A stretch of DNA of 64,000 nucleotides, taken from Oikopleura dioica (Eukaryota; Animalia; Chordata). Positions 27,257 to 43,203 of the stretch are shown here, piece after piece. Within the stretch, counting starts at the first letter, position 1. Every line of letters begins with the position of its first letter. Position numbers and translations under genes: made by a program. The notes under the pieces are model-generated. The model was not told the origin of the DNA. It saw only the letters and a list, made by a program, of their open reading frames with translations, and made no database searches. Location of the stretch: NCBI GenBank assembly GCA_907165135.1, contig OU015568.1, forward strand, positions 15,697,208-15,761,207, read 5' to 3'.

Positions 27257-27851
27257 CGCAATTCAAAAACGGCTCAAAAATCTCCTTTAATTTTTTGGAG
27301 AATGGAATGGTCGACTTCAAATTATGCCAATATTTGCAATCTTGGCAAGAATCATGCGTTATTCCGTTAAAATTTAACACGATAACTTCTTCTTCTTCTT
27401 ATGAAACATTCGCAAATAGGACTAAGGCTCATCAAAGTGCCAAATACGCCTGCAATTCCTGCAAGAAAAAAACGAAAGTTCAATGTGAATATCTTTTTAT
27501 TGATGTATTCAAACAACAAGTGGCAGGTTTATGTTTGTAAATTGTAAAATAAGTGAAATTCTATTCATTCCTAATTTGATGATGTCGCCGATTCGGGCAC
27601 ACCTTGAAAGCTCATACGTCTCATTCTCAGATAATGGCCGAGTCCCCGCACAAAATTCGTCGAAATCGGGAACTCGTTGAATATATCCGTGTATATAAGT
27701 TTTTTATAAGGGAGTTAAATGCTTTTTATATCTTGCTTTTCATAATATGAACATGGATCTTTGAACGTCTGGAAAATATAACGAACTGGAAGAAAAGAAA
27801 ACATCATTTTTTCGGACACTTTTTTCAACGCGCATTTTGATCTTTTTGTGC

Positions 27852-30351
<2,500 letters not shown>

Positions 30352-31039
30352 TCTGGAGACCATCGATTAAATCGTATTCTCGTAATTTTCGCGTTTTCTT
30401 TTTCCGTTCATGCGTTATTATCAAAAAGTTAAAATAACAATTTCCCCAAAAATAGCGGTTCTAGAGCTTTCTTTTCGAGCCGAAAAAAGGCGCCCGAAAA
30501 AGGGGAATTCTCTTTTCCGCGGCGAGAGTGGATCGATCGTCCGTTTTTCAAAGATTTTGAGAAAAAAAAAGCGCGGGCGATTTTTAACCGATCAGCGCGC
30601 GGCGCGGGCGAGCGAGATTTAACCCATTGGCGCAGGGAGAACGAGTGGGCAACACTGGCGTACGAGTTGAATTGAGGCCGCGAACGAACCAAGTTGCGAA
30701 AATTTAACTCTTCAGGAATGGGCGTAATTGAGAATGATTAATCGGTTAGTCACTTGATTACTCACTGATATCAGTGAATGAAAAATTCAAAAAGGGAATG
30801 ATAAGGGGCTTCTACTTAAGGGTAGAACCTAAGATATTGAAACAAAGCTAACCTGATTTCGATTTCATGTTTAAAAATTCAATCAATAAGTTGACAAATT
30901 TTCTCTATTGTGAAATATGGTAGAACATTCTATTCGTACTTTCGCTTAGTATATCTAGAAAAATACTAAATTAGTAAAATTAAATTTTATTTGTCAAAAT
31001 ACTCAATTTATCAAGTGAAAATCTCTTAGTAACAAAATT

Positions 31040-31270
31040 TATCCATGTCATCCAGTGTAGAAAACCTGAGTTAGGATCTGAGAGTTTTTAATGAAAAGCC
31101 GCATAGCGGCTTTTTTTAAAAACGAAACCGCAAAGCAGATTTGCCAGAGTTAGAAATAATTTCGCAAAGCCGCTTTGCCGCTTCGTTATTTATAAAAGCC
31201 GTTACGCGGCTTTTTATTAGAGATATTTCAGACCCTGACTCAGTTTTTCTACACAGGTTCCTAAGAACAA
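31040..31270. mobile_element. Long, more decayed copy of the CTG...CAG MITE family between KAT8 and EPG5
   Basis: GTGTAGAAAACCTGAGTTAGG...CCCTGACTCAGTTTTTCTACACAGGTT. It shares the internal AAAAGCCGC..AGCGGCTTTT palindromes of the 16656 copy. Confidence 0.8.
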
Positions 31271-31598
31271 TCTCTTTCGGTAAGAGTCTAACCTTGATGA
31301 TAAGCTGCGAATAAATTCTTCAGTGGTGGTGATAAAATTCATAGTCGGATAAAGTTCAGATTGGATTCTTCTGAAAAAATCGTGAATTTCGGAAGGTTTC
31401 GCGAATTGGAATTGAAAAGTGGCGCTTTGCCAAATTGGCGCTCTCAACAAATGAGGATCGCGCGCTGAGTCTTGAGACTGTTTCTCAGAAGAATCACGAG
31501 ATGGCTCCGAGGAAAAAATCAAAACCAAAACAATGAGGACAGAAATTTATTGAAGAAAACGTAAAATTAATTTAAATAATTTAAAAGAAAAAAAGAAG

Positions 31599-34500
31599 AT
31601 GAGCTCGTTTACTGAAGAAGAACGGGCGAATTTTCTCGCGGATTTTGAAAGAAAATATGAAGAGACAGACGAAACTATCGACGAAAAGATTAAAAATGTC
31701 GTCAGGTAAAAATCCATCTTTTTTTGCTTCAGATTTTCTTTTTTTTTCCTTTTTCAATAAATTCATTTTTAGATGGATGGGCGAGTCTCATTCCGCGGAA
31801 GAAAACCTAAAAGACAACGACGAGGAAGCCGAGCACGTCTTTGCCAAAATCCACCGAACCCGAAATTCCCAAATCTCCGTTTCCGCCGTCTGCGGCTGTG
31901 GCAAAACTGTAGAAGGAAAACGATGCTTTGAAAAGTGCCACTATTCGAATTCAAATGAAAGAAAACTTCGTGGCTTGTTGGGAAATGCGAGGGAATGGCT
32001 CAAAGAAAAGATCTCTTTCAATCAAGCACAAGCTTCAGAAGCAGTTAGTTCCTTGCGATTCGAGTTGGAGCTGAAAGAAAACGAAGAAAATCAAGTTTTT
32101 TGGAAAAAGATCAACTCGATCGTCAGAAACAGCGAAAAGCTCCAGGCGATTGGCCTGTCAGAGCAGTTGAAGTCCTGGTTTGTGAGATTAGTGCTAGCTC
32201 AGCGTTCGCATTTCTCGTTGCAGGATGAGTCGCAGATTTTATTTATTCTGACGAAATTGCCAGATGGTTGGGTGACATCCTGGGCGGCGAAATTGGCCAT
32301 GGTTCGACTTCCCATAGAGCCAGATCCTGGCCTTATCCAGCACTACCTCTTCCTCGTTGAACTGGTTCTTTGCTGCTTCAAAACTGAGCGGTCCCTCTCC
32401 TCAACCCCTATTCAAGAGAACAAGGAAGAAGAAGAGAACTCTCCGGAAGAACAGCTTCGCAACCAAAACTCGACTTCAGCCACTCCCTCCGTCGGTTCCA
32501 ATTCTTCGGAGACCTTTTCAGTCCTCGAAGACGAGGAAATCCTCGGCGGTCCTTTCGACCCCGAATCGCCACCAAAAGACCCCGCCGAGCCGATTACGAA
32601 ACCGAGTCTCGGGCCAAGCGATTTGATCGAACTCACGAGGCAATTACGGCTATCAGAAGCGATAGAACTCGATGTCATCGATTCCAACGCATTGATTGAT
32701 ATTTTCTGCCGATCGCTGGAAATTTACTCCGCTTCTTCTGCTTATTCACAGTACTGCTCTGTGATTTGCTCGTATTTGGAATGCGTCGTCAGAAAGTCGG
32801 CTCTATCGCCGAATATAGAGGAAATTATCCTCAAAACATCACAAAAATTGCTGAAAATCTCCCGCTTGAGCGTTCTATACAGCATTTCCGCCTTCCCACT
32901 TGAGCAACTCACGAGAAACGGTGTCAAACGAATGGTTAGTTTGTTCCTTTTTCCGAACGCGAAGATGGAGTCGCGACGAATGAAGATTTCAACCGAGCAG
33001 AAGCGCAGCTCGCGAATCTTCATCAAACCGAACTTTCCAATTACATCCGCGCCGCGAGCTGCTTTCTAAGAAAGATCGACTACCACGACGAAGAAATTCC
33101 AGATGAAATGGTCGCCCTGGTTTCTCCGTTGATCTCAGTCATGGTTAGGGTTTCTTTCGTTCTTTCTGCCACGAAACAGGATTTGCTCGACATTCGGCAG
33201 GACATTTTTGGAATGCTGATTGATCATCACCCGCCGATTTTAAGCCTGTTGATCATCTTTTTCTGCGATTCGATTGAAGAAATCGGGTTGGCAGGAATCT
33301 CATTCTTCGAAAATCTCCCATCGGAAGACTGGATTCCTGGATCAAATGATATTTCTATCATCAAGGACTTGATTTCTAACAATCCATACGACTCGCCAAG
33401 GTCCAAACTAGGCCAAGTACTGCTCAAATGTATCAACTTTGGCTACTCAGATGGCGAAACTAACATCGATCTGGCAACTCATCATGCGATTGCGAATATT
33501 TGCGTGACGGAGAGTCTGAAAATTTCCGAAACAAATCACAAAAGAAAGCTGCTTTCCAGGACGCAGGAAACGCTTGGTTTGGCAAAGCTGAAACTTCAGT
33601 ATCTAACACTCATGAATTCAACGATTTCAAAACTGTTGTTGAATAAATATCTCCGCGATGATTTCAAGGAGTTCAATCAGAACGAAGCGGTGGCAGTGGA
33701 GTCGTCGAGAAATCCTCTTTTAGGGAGCGCAGCGGTAAAATCTAGTGAAGATCTTGCTTCTGCGTACATTTTGTGCATTTCCAATGGAGAAAATGATCTA
33801 AACAACATTATTTCCTGCGGTAATCGCTGCATAGAAAAGCCAGAATCTGGTATTCTTGGCCTTCGTCTGTTGGAAATCGCCCTCAAAATGGTCTATTCAA
33901 TGGAGAATTCTTCTCTCCAAGAGCATCAGGCGAATTTATCTTCATTTATTCTCAAAACGATGGAGTACTCAGCTGACCAATGTCAAGCTCTAGTTTCTCA
34001 TTTGATCATGACATTCGATGGATTCTCCGCTTTCCTCATTCAAGTTCTATTCTCCAGCCCTTCAAACATCGAAAGCACGGGAGCGATTGGCATTCTCGAT
34101 ACGATTCTCAAGTATCACCTTTCCTACCCAGCCAACAATTCAGCGGAGAAAGTTCGTTGCTCCATCCGAAAAAGTCTGAAAGAATACGTTTCTCCTCCGC
34201 TCAATTCTCCTACGTCGCCAAAAACGAAATGGCAGTCATTTGCTTCAGCGTTTTCTCGAGTTGGCTTCACACAAAACGACCTCGACATCAAAATTCCAAA
34301 AAATTCATCTACCGTTGTCAAGCTCGAAGTTTTCCAGCAACTGGAGAATCTTTTCCGAGACCCATCGCTGGGCCATCTTCCTCTTTCACACGCGATTCGA
34401 GAAGAGCTCCTTGAAAACCCTTCGAAATCGATCGAAGAAATCAGTCAAGACATATTCAATCGCTTCAAAATTCAAGCTCCACTTTCATCCCTTCCAATTT

Positions 34501-37500
34501 ATCTCATCGGAGAGCTGCTTCTTTCAACCCCCTTCAATGATCCATATCTGCCGAGTTTAGTCTTCTCGTTTTTGGTCCTCTATCTTCAGGAAATACAAGA
34601 AACGGCAATTGGCCACCGCTATTTCGACGTTCATCCTTTTGTTGAGATGATCTCAAATCTGCGAAAAAGACTTGTGGAAGCATCAGAGTTTCATACTGAC
34701 TCTGTTTCCCAGGGACCCCAAGTCGTTGGTGTTTCCTCGGGACAAACGTCCCTCGCTTCGCTTTTGTGGACAGCAGCACTTTGGCTAGAAGAACCACGAG
34801 TTCACGATGCCAGATCTGAGCTAGTCTATCTACCGCCCCAATACGGCCCAGATTTGCTGATGAAAATCCGCTCTGGCGACAACTCCGATTGGAAACCATT
34901 GATTGAAGCGGTCAACTACCAGCAGAAATTAATCGCGTCAGCCAAACAGTGGGTATCACTATTCTCATTACCCACGAGAACTTTGGACTTTTGCTATTTG
35001 ACAAAAACTCGACGACCAATTCTGCTAGAATCGCCTCAAAACAATCATCTGGTCGAAGGCTTGACTGGAGCTGATGAGAATTTTCCAACGAAGGAGATGC
35101 TTTTGGCGGCGGATATTCCAGCAATTTGCAGACCGCTCATTTCAGAAGTCATCCTTGCTGCCGACTGGCAAACTTCATCGCTTGCAGAGCTAACGCAACT
35201 GGACATCAATTATTTGGAAGTTTTGCCGGATTTGTACCAGAACGTCTCCCACGTCATCGAAATCACTGCTTCTTGTGGAACCGGCTTCCGAGGCCACTCT
35301 TGCCAGGCACCAGCTCGCGTTCCCGTAGAAATTCAGCTGCGAACGAAGATCCCCGAGGTCTTCAACACTCTCAGCTCGAATAGAAATCGGTATCAAGAAA
35401 TTCGCACAAACTGGAGCAATCCGCAAAGATGGGTTAACCTTGGCCACGTCGCTTACACGCTTAACAGAATGTGCGAGATTCTTGCGGATGCGTATGAAAA
35501 TGCCATTCTGGAGACGGATAAAGAACAGGCAAGGAAGCAAGGGGAAGCGCTTTTCTTTAGCATCGTTACAGCTGTTACGCCGAGTGTTACAGCATTCGCT
35601 CCTTGCTCAAGAATCGTCGTCGATCTAGTTGAAAAGCTAGCGGGAATGTTTTGCTCTGAAACGGCGAGTTTTCAACACCTTGATGTCAGCATCCGCTATC
35701 CAACTCTAGCCCCAATTCTAGCGCCTTATTTTCACCCCAACGCGCAGCAAGACGATTTCGGCGAAATGTACACCCTCGTCATGCAGCGATTGAACCGAGG
35801 CCACACGAGTTTTGCTTTTTCGCTGCTTTCCAAGTTCAATATTTCTGAATACGCTGCTCGATGCGACGAAAATCAAGTTGCGGATTTGATTTCTACACTC
35901 AAATCTGGCCTCTTCTCCCTCGCTGGGGATACTGAAGGAGAGACTAATGTGGACTTCGATACCCCACATAGTGATGAGAGTAGAGAACTGGTCAAGGATA
36001 TTTTAACGAGGCATGCTTGCGATGTGCTCTTGACGAATCCGAATATTTCTGCAGAAACAATTCTTCAGGCATCGGTTGTTATTTATCATATATTTTCAAT
36101 ATATTACAAAGTAATCGAAGGACGATCCAAAATTAATAAGAAATCATTTTAATCACAATTTTGACGGAGAAAAATAACTACGGCTCTTCAAATGTTATCG
36201 TTACATTTTCTCGAATAATAAATTCAAGCTTTTGGCTTCGGTTTTATTTGGAAGAACAGCTGATAAAACTGATAAAGATCGAACTTTGATTTATACTATT
36301 TCTTTCAAAACCGAACCAAGACATTTCTGCACGTGACGACGCAAGGAGATGGTTTTGATAACGCCTGGGTTCGAATTTGCACCACTCTTTATAAATTCGA
36401 GTCTGGAATGATCAGAAGCGACGTAATTGACGATGTCATAAAGCTAATCTTCGGCCATTTTGCCAACACCCGTCACGAAGAAGACTTTTTCAGCTCAGGT
36501 CCTTGGCCAGCTGTCTTGCCAACAATCGCCCAGATTTTATTGACGCTAATGGATCTTCTGCTGGTTGGAGATTCAGAAAGCGCGATTCAGGAACACTTGG
36601 AATTGACATTCATGGCTATCGAGCCTTTTTTGAAACCAAAAGAAGACGGGAAACACTTTTTATGGCCAATTGCTGACCAAACTAAAGACTTTTGGGATCT
36701 GCTCATGACTCAGTACATCAAATGCGCTTCTATTTCGGAACTCTTCGCGCAGAGGCACTTTTTGCTGAACTTATTGGATATGATTACATTCAAAGAAATG
36801 GATCTCAATTATGTTCACAATCTGACCAATATTCTGGAGAAATTTTCTTTCGCTGAACTTGTCCCTACATCAGAAGTCGTCGAAAAACTCTCATCAGCAC
36901 TAGCTTTAGACAACACACACTTGTCTTATCTCGTCAGCTTGATTTCCGCCGGCATAAACTGGGCAGCGTTCTTCTACTCGGACGACGATGACAGTCAAAC
37001 GATGGCATTTCTGTTCAAAATTTTGCTTGAGCTCGTCAGCGATCGATTCCCCCTCCACAAGCTGCAGATCATCAATCCACTTCTTCTTTCCTGGCCTGAG
37101 CTTCCTTGGGAGAAGCTGACGAATGACTTTTTGAAGCATAACTTTCCGGATTTGCCGAGCAAGATCGGTTTGGAATCATTTGTCCACCCAACAAGCTGTC
37201 ATCAGAAAGCGCTTTTACTCATTCGCGAAGTTTTTCTCAACGGAGAAGGTAGTAAAAATTGTAACAGGAGCATCCAATAATGTTTTAATAGGGAATTCAA
37301 CTGAAGAGGACCAGGAAAGGAGACGTATCTGGCTTGGAACTGTAGCAAGATGCGTGAAAAGAAGTGGTATCTCGAAAAAGGATGACTCTGTGCTCACCCG
37401 AATCCCACAGTATCTCACTGATCAGCTTCAGTGGGCCATAACTGGTAAAAACAACAAAGTGACTGTTTGACTTTTAAACTTTTCAATTAAGGTATTCCGC

Positions 37501-38605
37501 TAAATGAGATGGACGAGCTAGCAAATTCGAACGTATGGGGCGAACTTGTGCACATCATAAACTACGACAATTCCCTGGTGGAATATTTCGTTCAAGCAAT
37601 AAGAATGGAAACCGACCTCTTGAAACTGCGACTTTACATAACTACCTCGAATCGAATCGTGAAGGATCCAGCTTGTCAAATGATGCTCATGGAGAGTGCC
37701 ATTCACAAAGCCATGACATTAGGTACCATTCCAATTAATGAGCTCAACTGTGAATGAATCTTTCAGGACATGGGCTGGCACTTCTACAAGGGACTCTTTG
37801 CACTCTACCTTTTCATGGACGCGATGAGCTGCGAACAACACTTTGTTTGACGTAAGAGCTCTATTCATACATTAAAATTAACCGTTTTTGTTCAGTGAAA
37901 GTTTCCTAACGCCACTGATACTTCTTCAAGAGCAGCTTCGACCAAACCTCCCCGTCTCGACTAAAGTCAAGCTCATTTCTCAGAACGCATTCTACGTGAA
38001 AGATGCGAAGCCACGAAAGCCTTCAGAATGGAAGCTCGCTTGTTTTCTTTATCAAATCGTTCGATTGACTCTTTCGCTTTGGACCACTGTATGTTTCTGA
38101 TTTAGATTCCTTGCTTATGTTTCATTTCAGGACAAGGAAGATGGAAACCTTCAAGTCTTCGTCCACAACGACTTGCTCAATCTTCTCGGTAGCTTCTTTT
38201 ATGCGGACACTGGATCCGTTCTTCTGAATATGATTGGCCTATCGAGCGCGTCTGAGCCTTCAATCGAGTTCCAGCTGTTCGTGAAAGCGCTCCAGGAACT
38301 CGTCAGTAACTACTGCAAGGGTCTCAATCGAGAGAATCTTCAAGAGGTATGTTTTTTCTCTCTTTCAGTGATCTAACTTGATCATAGTTTGCCCTTCTTG
38401 GAATTCAATCGACCAAGTTCTGCCAACACGAAGATTTCGTCAGTCAACTGTGTGATCTTATTGAAAGACCATCTGTTGAAAACACAGGTTAGTACTGCTT
38501 TTAAGTGTTCAATCCTGACAGTGTTTTTCATAAGACGAGATAACTCGCTGTTGGGCCCGCCTCACCGACCATCATCTGGCGTCATTTTACCTTGATAATC
38601 CTTGA
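31599..38605 (+). CDS. EPG5: Ectopic P granules protein 5 (autophagy tether); probable 1-nt assembly indel near 32948-32952
   Basis: Very large helical protein with EPG5-like segments QISVSAVCGCG, LWLEEP..LVYLPPQY and CGTGFRGHSCQAPARVPVE. Recognised from memory of the family, not by search. Confidence 0.75.
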
Positions 38606-38750
38606 GGCCTTGAAAAAAAAAACTCGATAATTTTTCCCCTTTTCTATCTTTCTTTCTGTTCAAAATATTCTGTCAAGACTGAAAAATTCAGGATAATATC
38701 TTCAAAAACCGTTCCGTTCAACAAAAAAAAAGAAAATAAATAAATTTCAA

Positions 38751-41298
38751 ATGTTCAGAACACGCGTGTTTGAAAATTTGAAAATGCTTCGATTTCGTGT
38801 TTTTAGCAAGTTTCCAGTAGCAAAAAGGTTCCATGCAGATTTGGTCAGGAATATCGCAGTTATTGCTCATATTGACGCAGGAAAGACTACTACCACTGAA
38901 GCGTTGTTGCATAACTCTGGCAAAAAGGCGGTGAAAGGATCTGTAGGAGAGGGTCAGAATATTCTCTGAACACTCGTCTTTTCGTACATTTTTTGACCGT
39001 TCCAAAGATGATGGGACGACAACGACAGACTATCTTGTTCAAGAGCGCGAACGAGGAGTTACCATTCAATCTTCAGTAGTGTCGTTTACGAATACAAATA
39101 AAGAAACCGGCCAGATTACAAAATACAATATCTTTGATACACCTGGTCACGCTGATTTCATTTTTGAAGTCGAGCGAGTTCTCCCGGTAATCGACAGGTT
39201 TGGGCAAACCACTCAACGTCTTCTCATGTTTCTAGCGCTCTGCTCATCTTAGACTCTTGTCGTGGCGTAGAAACACAAACAAAAGCAGTTCTCCGACTAG
39301 CCAGAAAGCACAACATTCCAATAATGGTCTTCGCCAACAAAATTGACAAATTCAACTCCAATCCATCATTTTCAATCGAGTCGCTTGAAAAATTCGGGAT
39401 GAATCCGATCCCGCTTCAAAAAGTAGACGAAGACAAAATGATCCAAGATGATCTTGAATCTGATGATGTTGTCGAACGCGTTTCAAATTATGACGACTCG
39501 ATTTGTGAAAAATATTTGAATGGAGAAAGTGTCAGTAAAAAAGAAATTCTAGCGGCGATCAGGGAAGCTCATGGACGATGCGAAGCAACACCAGGAGAGG
39601 CTTTTTATTAGCGATTACGTTTTTGATGGCATTATTATTTTGCAAGCCTGAAAAAGTTCTATTCGGGTCATCGAAAAATAATGTTGGCCTGGCAAAGCTG
39701 ATCGAATATCTGACCCTCTTCGACCATCGAGAAGAAAAACAAGACTTTACTGGCTCTTCTTTTGTGTTCAAAATCACTAATGACCGCAGACTTGGCGAAA
39801 TTGCCATGCTGCGAAATTTCGGCCCATCTCCGTTATCATTGAAATCAACGAAGACTCTTCAAAACTTGTCGAATGAAAACATGCCGATTTCTACAAAGAA
39901 AACTAAGATATTTTCTGTTGATGGAGCAGCTTTCGAACCCGCTCAAGAAATTCAACAAGACGACGTTCTTGTTCTATCGAACTTCCAGAACCTGAAAACT
40001 GGGGATTTCATCAGCAACAAGAAGGCAAAGACATCAGAGAGCAAGTTTGACAACTTTCTGAAAGCCCGGCAAGCATCTTGTTCCGTTGTGCTAGAAGTCG
40101 AAAAACAAGGAAAAGAACAACAACTGCTGGCCGGATTGGAAGTTCTGTGCAAGGAAGATCCAAGTTTGAGCTTTTTGGAAAACGAAGAAACGGGAGAAAT
40201 AATTCTGAGAGGAATGGGCCCTTTTCATCTGGAAATCGCGATTTCGAGGCTGGAAACAGAACATAGGCTTGGTTCTCAAAAAAGATTTCTTGATTCTCGA
40301 TTGAGTCGGAAAAAGCACCATAAGATTGTTTATTTCACCGATTTTCAAATGAGCACCATAATTTTTAACCGGAGCGGTGCTGCCGGTCATGATTTTTGAT
40401 CGACAGTCTTTACGATAAAAACTTCAGTCACCAAATGAAGTAAATTTCTGTAGGGCAAACCTATTCCCGCTGAGCGCTTACAGCGCTCAGTTGGTTCTGC
40501 CCCATTTTCATGAATTTCCGACTATCGGCATATTAAACCGACCGGTTCTTCCTTTACTGAGAACCAGTTGAAAGAATCAAGGACATTTATCAATACCCCG
40601 TTCGCGTGGATTATCGCGAAGTTCCGCAATCGTCAGTCTTACACGAAACCATCATCACTGAAAATCATCTCGGGCGGGATTCAAGCGTCAGATTTGAGCT
40701 CGAGCTTGAGCCGCAAGAAAATATTACCGAGTTTACGACAAAGAATATAATTTTCGGAAGCAATGCGGTTGGCCAAAATGTTGATGGGCAAAGTTCGAAT
40801 GTTGAAAATTTCGCGAAAGAATTCAAGGTCAGGAAATTGATTGAAGAGGGAGTTATGATGGCGACGATGGCTGGTCCCGTCGAGAAAAATCCTGTCATTG
40901 GTTTCGATTTGCGGATCAAACGCATCGAAGCTCAGGGATGCTTCTTCAAGCAAATGAAGGGATTCATTGTTCAAAAAATGATCATCAGAGCTATTCAAGA
41001 AGCGCTTCGAAAAGCTAATTGTGTCGTCAAAGAACCGAGAATGAAATTCCAGCTTTCTCTTTACAGGTTTTCAGCATCTAATTCAAGCGTTTATATATTT
41101 TCAAGCGTGGAATTCCGCGGAAAAGTGATGGAACTTCTCGCTGAAAATGAATGCGAAGTTTTATCAGAAGAGCCCGAAGGTGAAATGTGGAACATCTCTG
41201 GACTCTTGAACGTCTCGCAAGAATTGAAAATCCAACAGAGACTCCTTTCGCTTACGAGAGGGAACGCTTATCTTGAAACTTCATATTTTGGCTTATAA
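38751..41298 (+). CDS. GFM2: Mitochondrial ribosome-releasing factor 2 (EF-G2mt)
   Basis: N-terminal transit-like peptide; [18 protein letters not shown]; [21 protein letters not shown]; [14 protein letters not shown]; NKID; EDPS; GMGPFHLEI. Confidence 0.88.
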
Positions 41299-41341
41299 AA
41301 AATAAACCAAATAAAATTAATGTGAGTATTTTTTCTTTAGT

Positions 41342-43052
41342 ATGTGCGGAATCGGAGTGTTTGTTAACTGTGAGCCAGATGATCGAACAATCAAAGCATT
41401 GAAAAACCGAGGGCCAGATTTTTATCACCAGGAGACCTTCAACGTTGTAGGACAGTCAGTAACAGTCGTTGCTACTGTTTTGTCTCACCAAGGAGAAGGA
41501 ATAATTTCGCAGCCCATTGTCACCGACGACTTTATTTTCCTTTGGAACGGCGAAGTTTACGATCATCCTCGCTATCAACCGCAAGAAGGTGGCGATACCA
41601 ACTGGTTCTTTGATAATGTCGGTTCGCAAATCACCGGCGAAAATGCGACAGGAATTGAAATCATGAAAGAAATCAGAGGAGAGTTTGCATTTTGCACAAT
41701 CAACCGAAAAACTGGAGAAATTTCTTTTGGACGAGATCGACTCGGTCGCCGATCATTGCTTCTTTATTCCTTTGAAAATAAATTTATTCTGGCTTCATCT
41801 TCGTCTGGCTATCACTTCATAGAACTACCCGCTGATGGTCTCTACAGTTTTAACTTGAAAATGATGGACAAACTCAAGAGACATCCATTCGCAGCGAATA
41901 CAAAAGTTGATGGGCACATGCTCGACGAGTTTTTATTCTCGAATTTGAACGAAAACATGTTAGCAATAGAAGGAATCAAAGATGGGAAACTACACTCGCT
42001 TCCAGTCGAGAATGTTCAAGGCTCACTTACTTCCGATTTATGGAACTTCGAGCAGAATTTTGACGGGTCTTGCACTAACGACTGGTTGCCAGAGCTTGAA
42101 ATAGTCTTCAAAAAAGCAGTTGAGCGCAGAGTAAAGCTAAGAAAAGGATCAGTAGGAGTTCTATTCTCTGGTGGACTTGATTGCTCTCTTGTGGTAGCGC
42201 AGGTGCTGGAAATTTTCGAAGGACAGCGGGAGTTAGCGACTACGGTTTATCTCTACTCTGTTGCGTTTGGAGACAACGAGGAAAAATGCGAAAAGTGTCC
42301 AGATAGAATAACCGCCGTAGCAGCATTTCAAGAAATCACAGAAGCTCATCCAACAGCGGATTTGATCCTCGTCAAAGAAAATATTTCAAAACAGGAGCTT
42401 CAGAAAACCAGAGATGAGAGAATAAAACATCTGATATCTCCTCGAATTTCCGTTCTTGATGATTCTATCGGCAGTGCGCTTTACTTTGCTGCTCACTCCG
42501 AAGTTGGCAGTGATTGTAGATTGCTTCTTTCTGGCCTCGGTGCGGATGAATTGTTTTGTGGGTATTCTTGTCATAGACGCGTTCACGATCGTGAAGGACT
42601 TGATGCTTTAGGCTTTTGGTCTACCTTTGATTTTGACAATTTTCAAGGGAACTTTTGGAGACCAAATTTCAAGGGCTAGAAGTTCAAACGCACATTGAAA
42701 GAATCGCCGAAAGAAATTGCGGTCGAGACGATCGAGTGATTTCAGATAGCGGGCGAGAATACAGAATGCCTTTTCTCGATTTGGATTTGATCAGTTTCTC
42801 CTCGTCAATTCCAATTCCAGCGAGATGCGATCTGACAAAGCCAAGGGGAGAAGGTGAAAAGATGCTCTTGAGACAACTTGCTTACAAAAAGGGATTAAAA
42901 GTACTGTTTTCTTTCACTAGAAATAGGGTTAAAACATCTGCTAGACAATTTCTTCGTTCGAGAAGCGCGCGATCCAGTTTGGCTCAAGAATAGTGAAGAT
43001 GGAAGACAAGAAAGTGAAGGGAAACGATATCTGTGCAAACTTACAGAAATAG
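41342..43052 (+). CDS. ASNSD1: Asparagine synthetase domain-containing protein 1
   Basis: MCGI; NRGPD; LWNGEVY; RDRLGRRSL; LFSGGLDC; LSGLGADELFCGY; C-terminal KRAIQFGSR. Confidence 0.92.
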
Positions 43053-43203
43053 AAATTGCCCAATTTCAATTAAAAACCTTTTTAGTCTGTTAGTCTCCGT
43101 CGAGCTCAAGCCGCGCTCGTTCTAGCCGAAAATATGAAGCCCACTCAGTTGAGGCGAGAAAGAAGCCGCTTTTTATTTCATTTTGAGAAATTGGACGAAA
43201 AAG

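Noticed and set aside
32938-33069. Programmed frameshift or split gene in EPG5
   Set aside because: One extra T in the run at about 32948-32952 restores FLFSEREDGV. Similar 1-nt homopolymer losses occur at about 1536 and 57627, which points to long-read assembly error.
40270-40566. RNase P/MRP, SRP or C/D snoRNA call for the GFM2 intron
   Set aside because: There is no convincing box C or P4 pairing. It is left as an unclassified structured intron.
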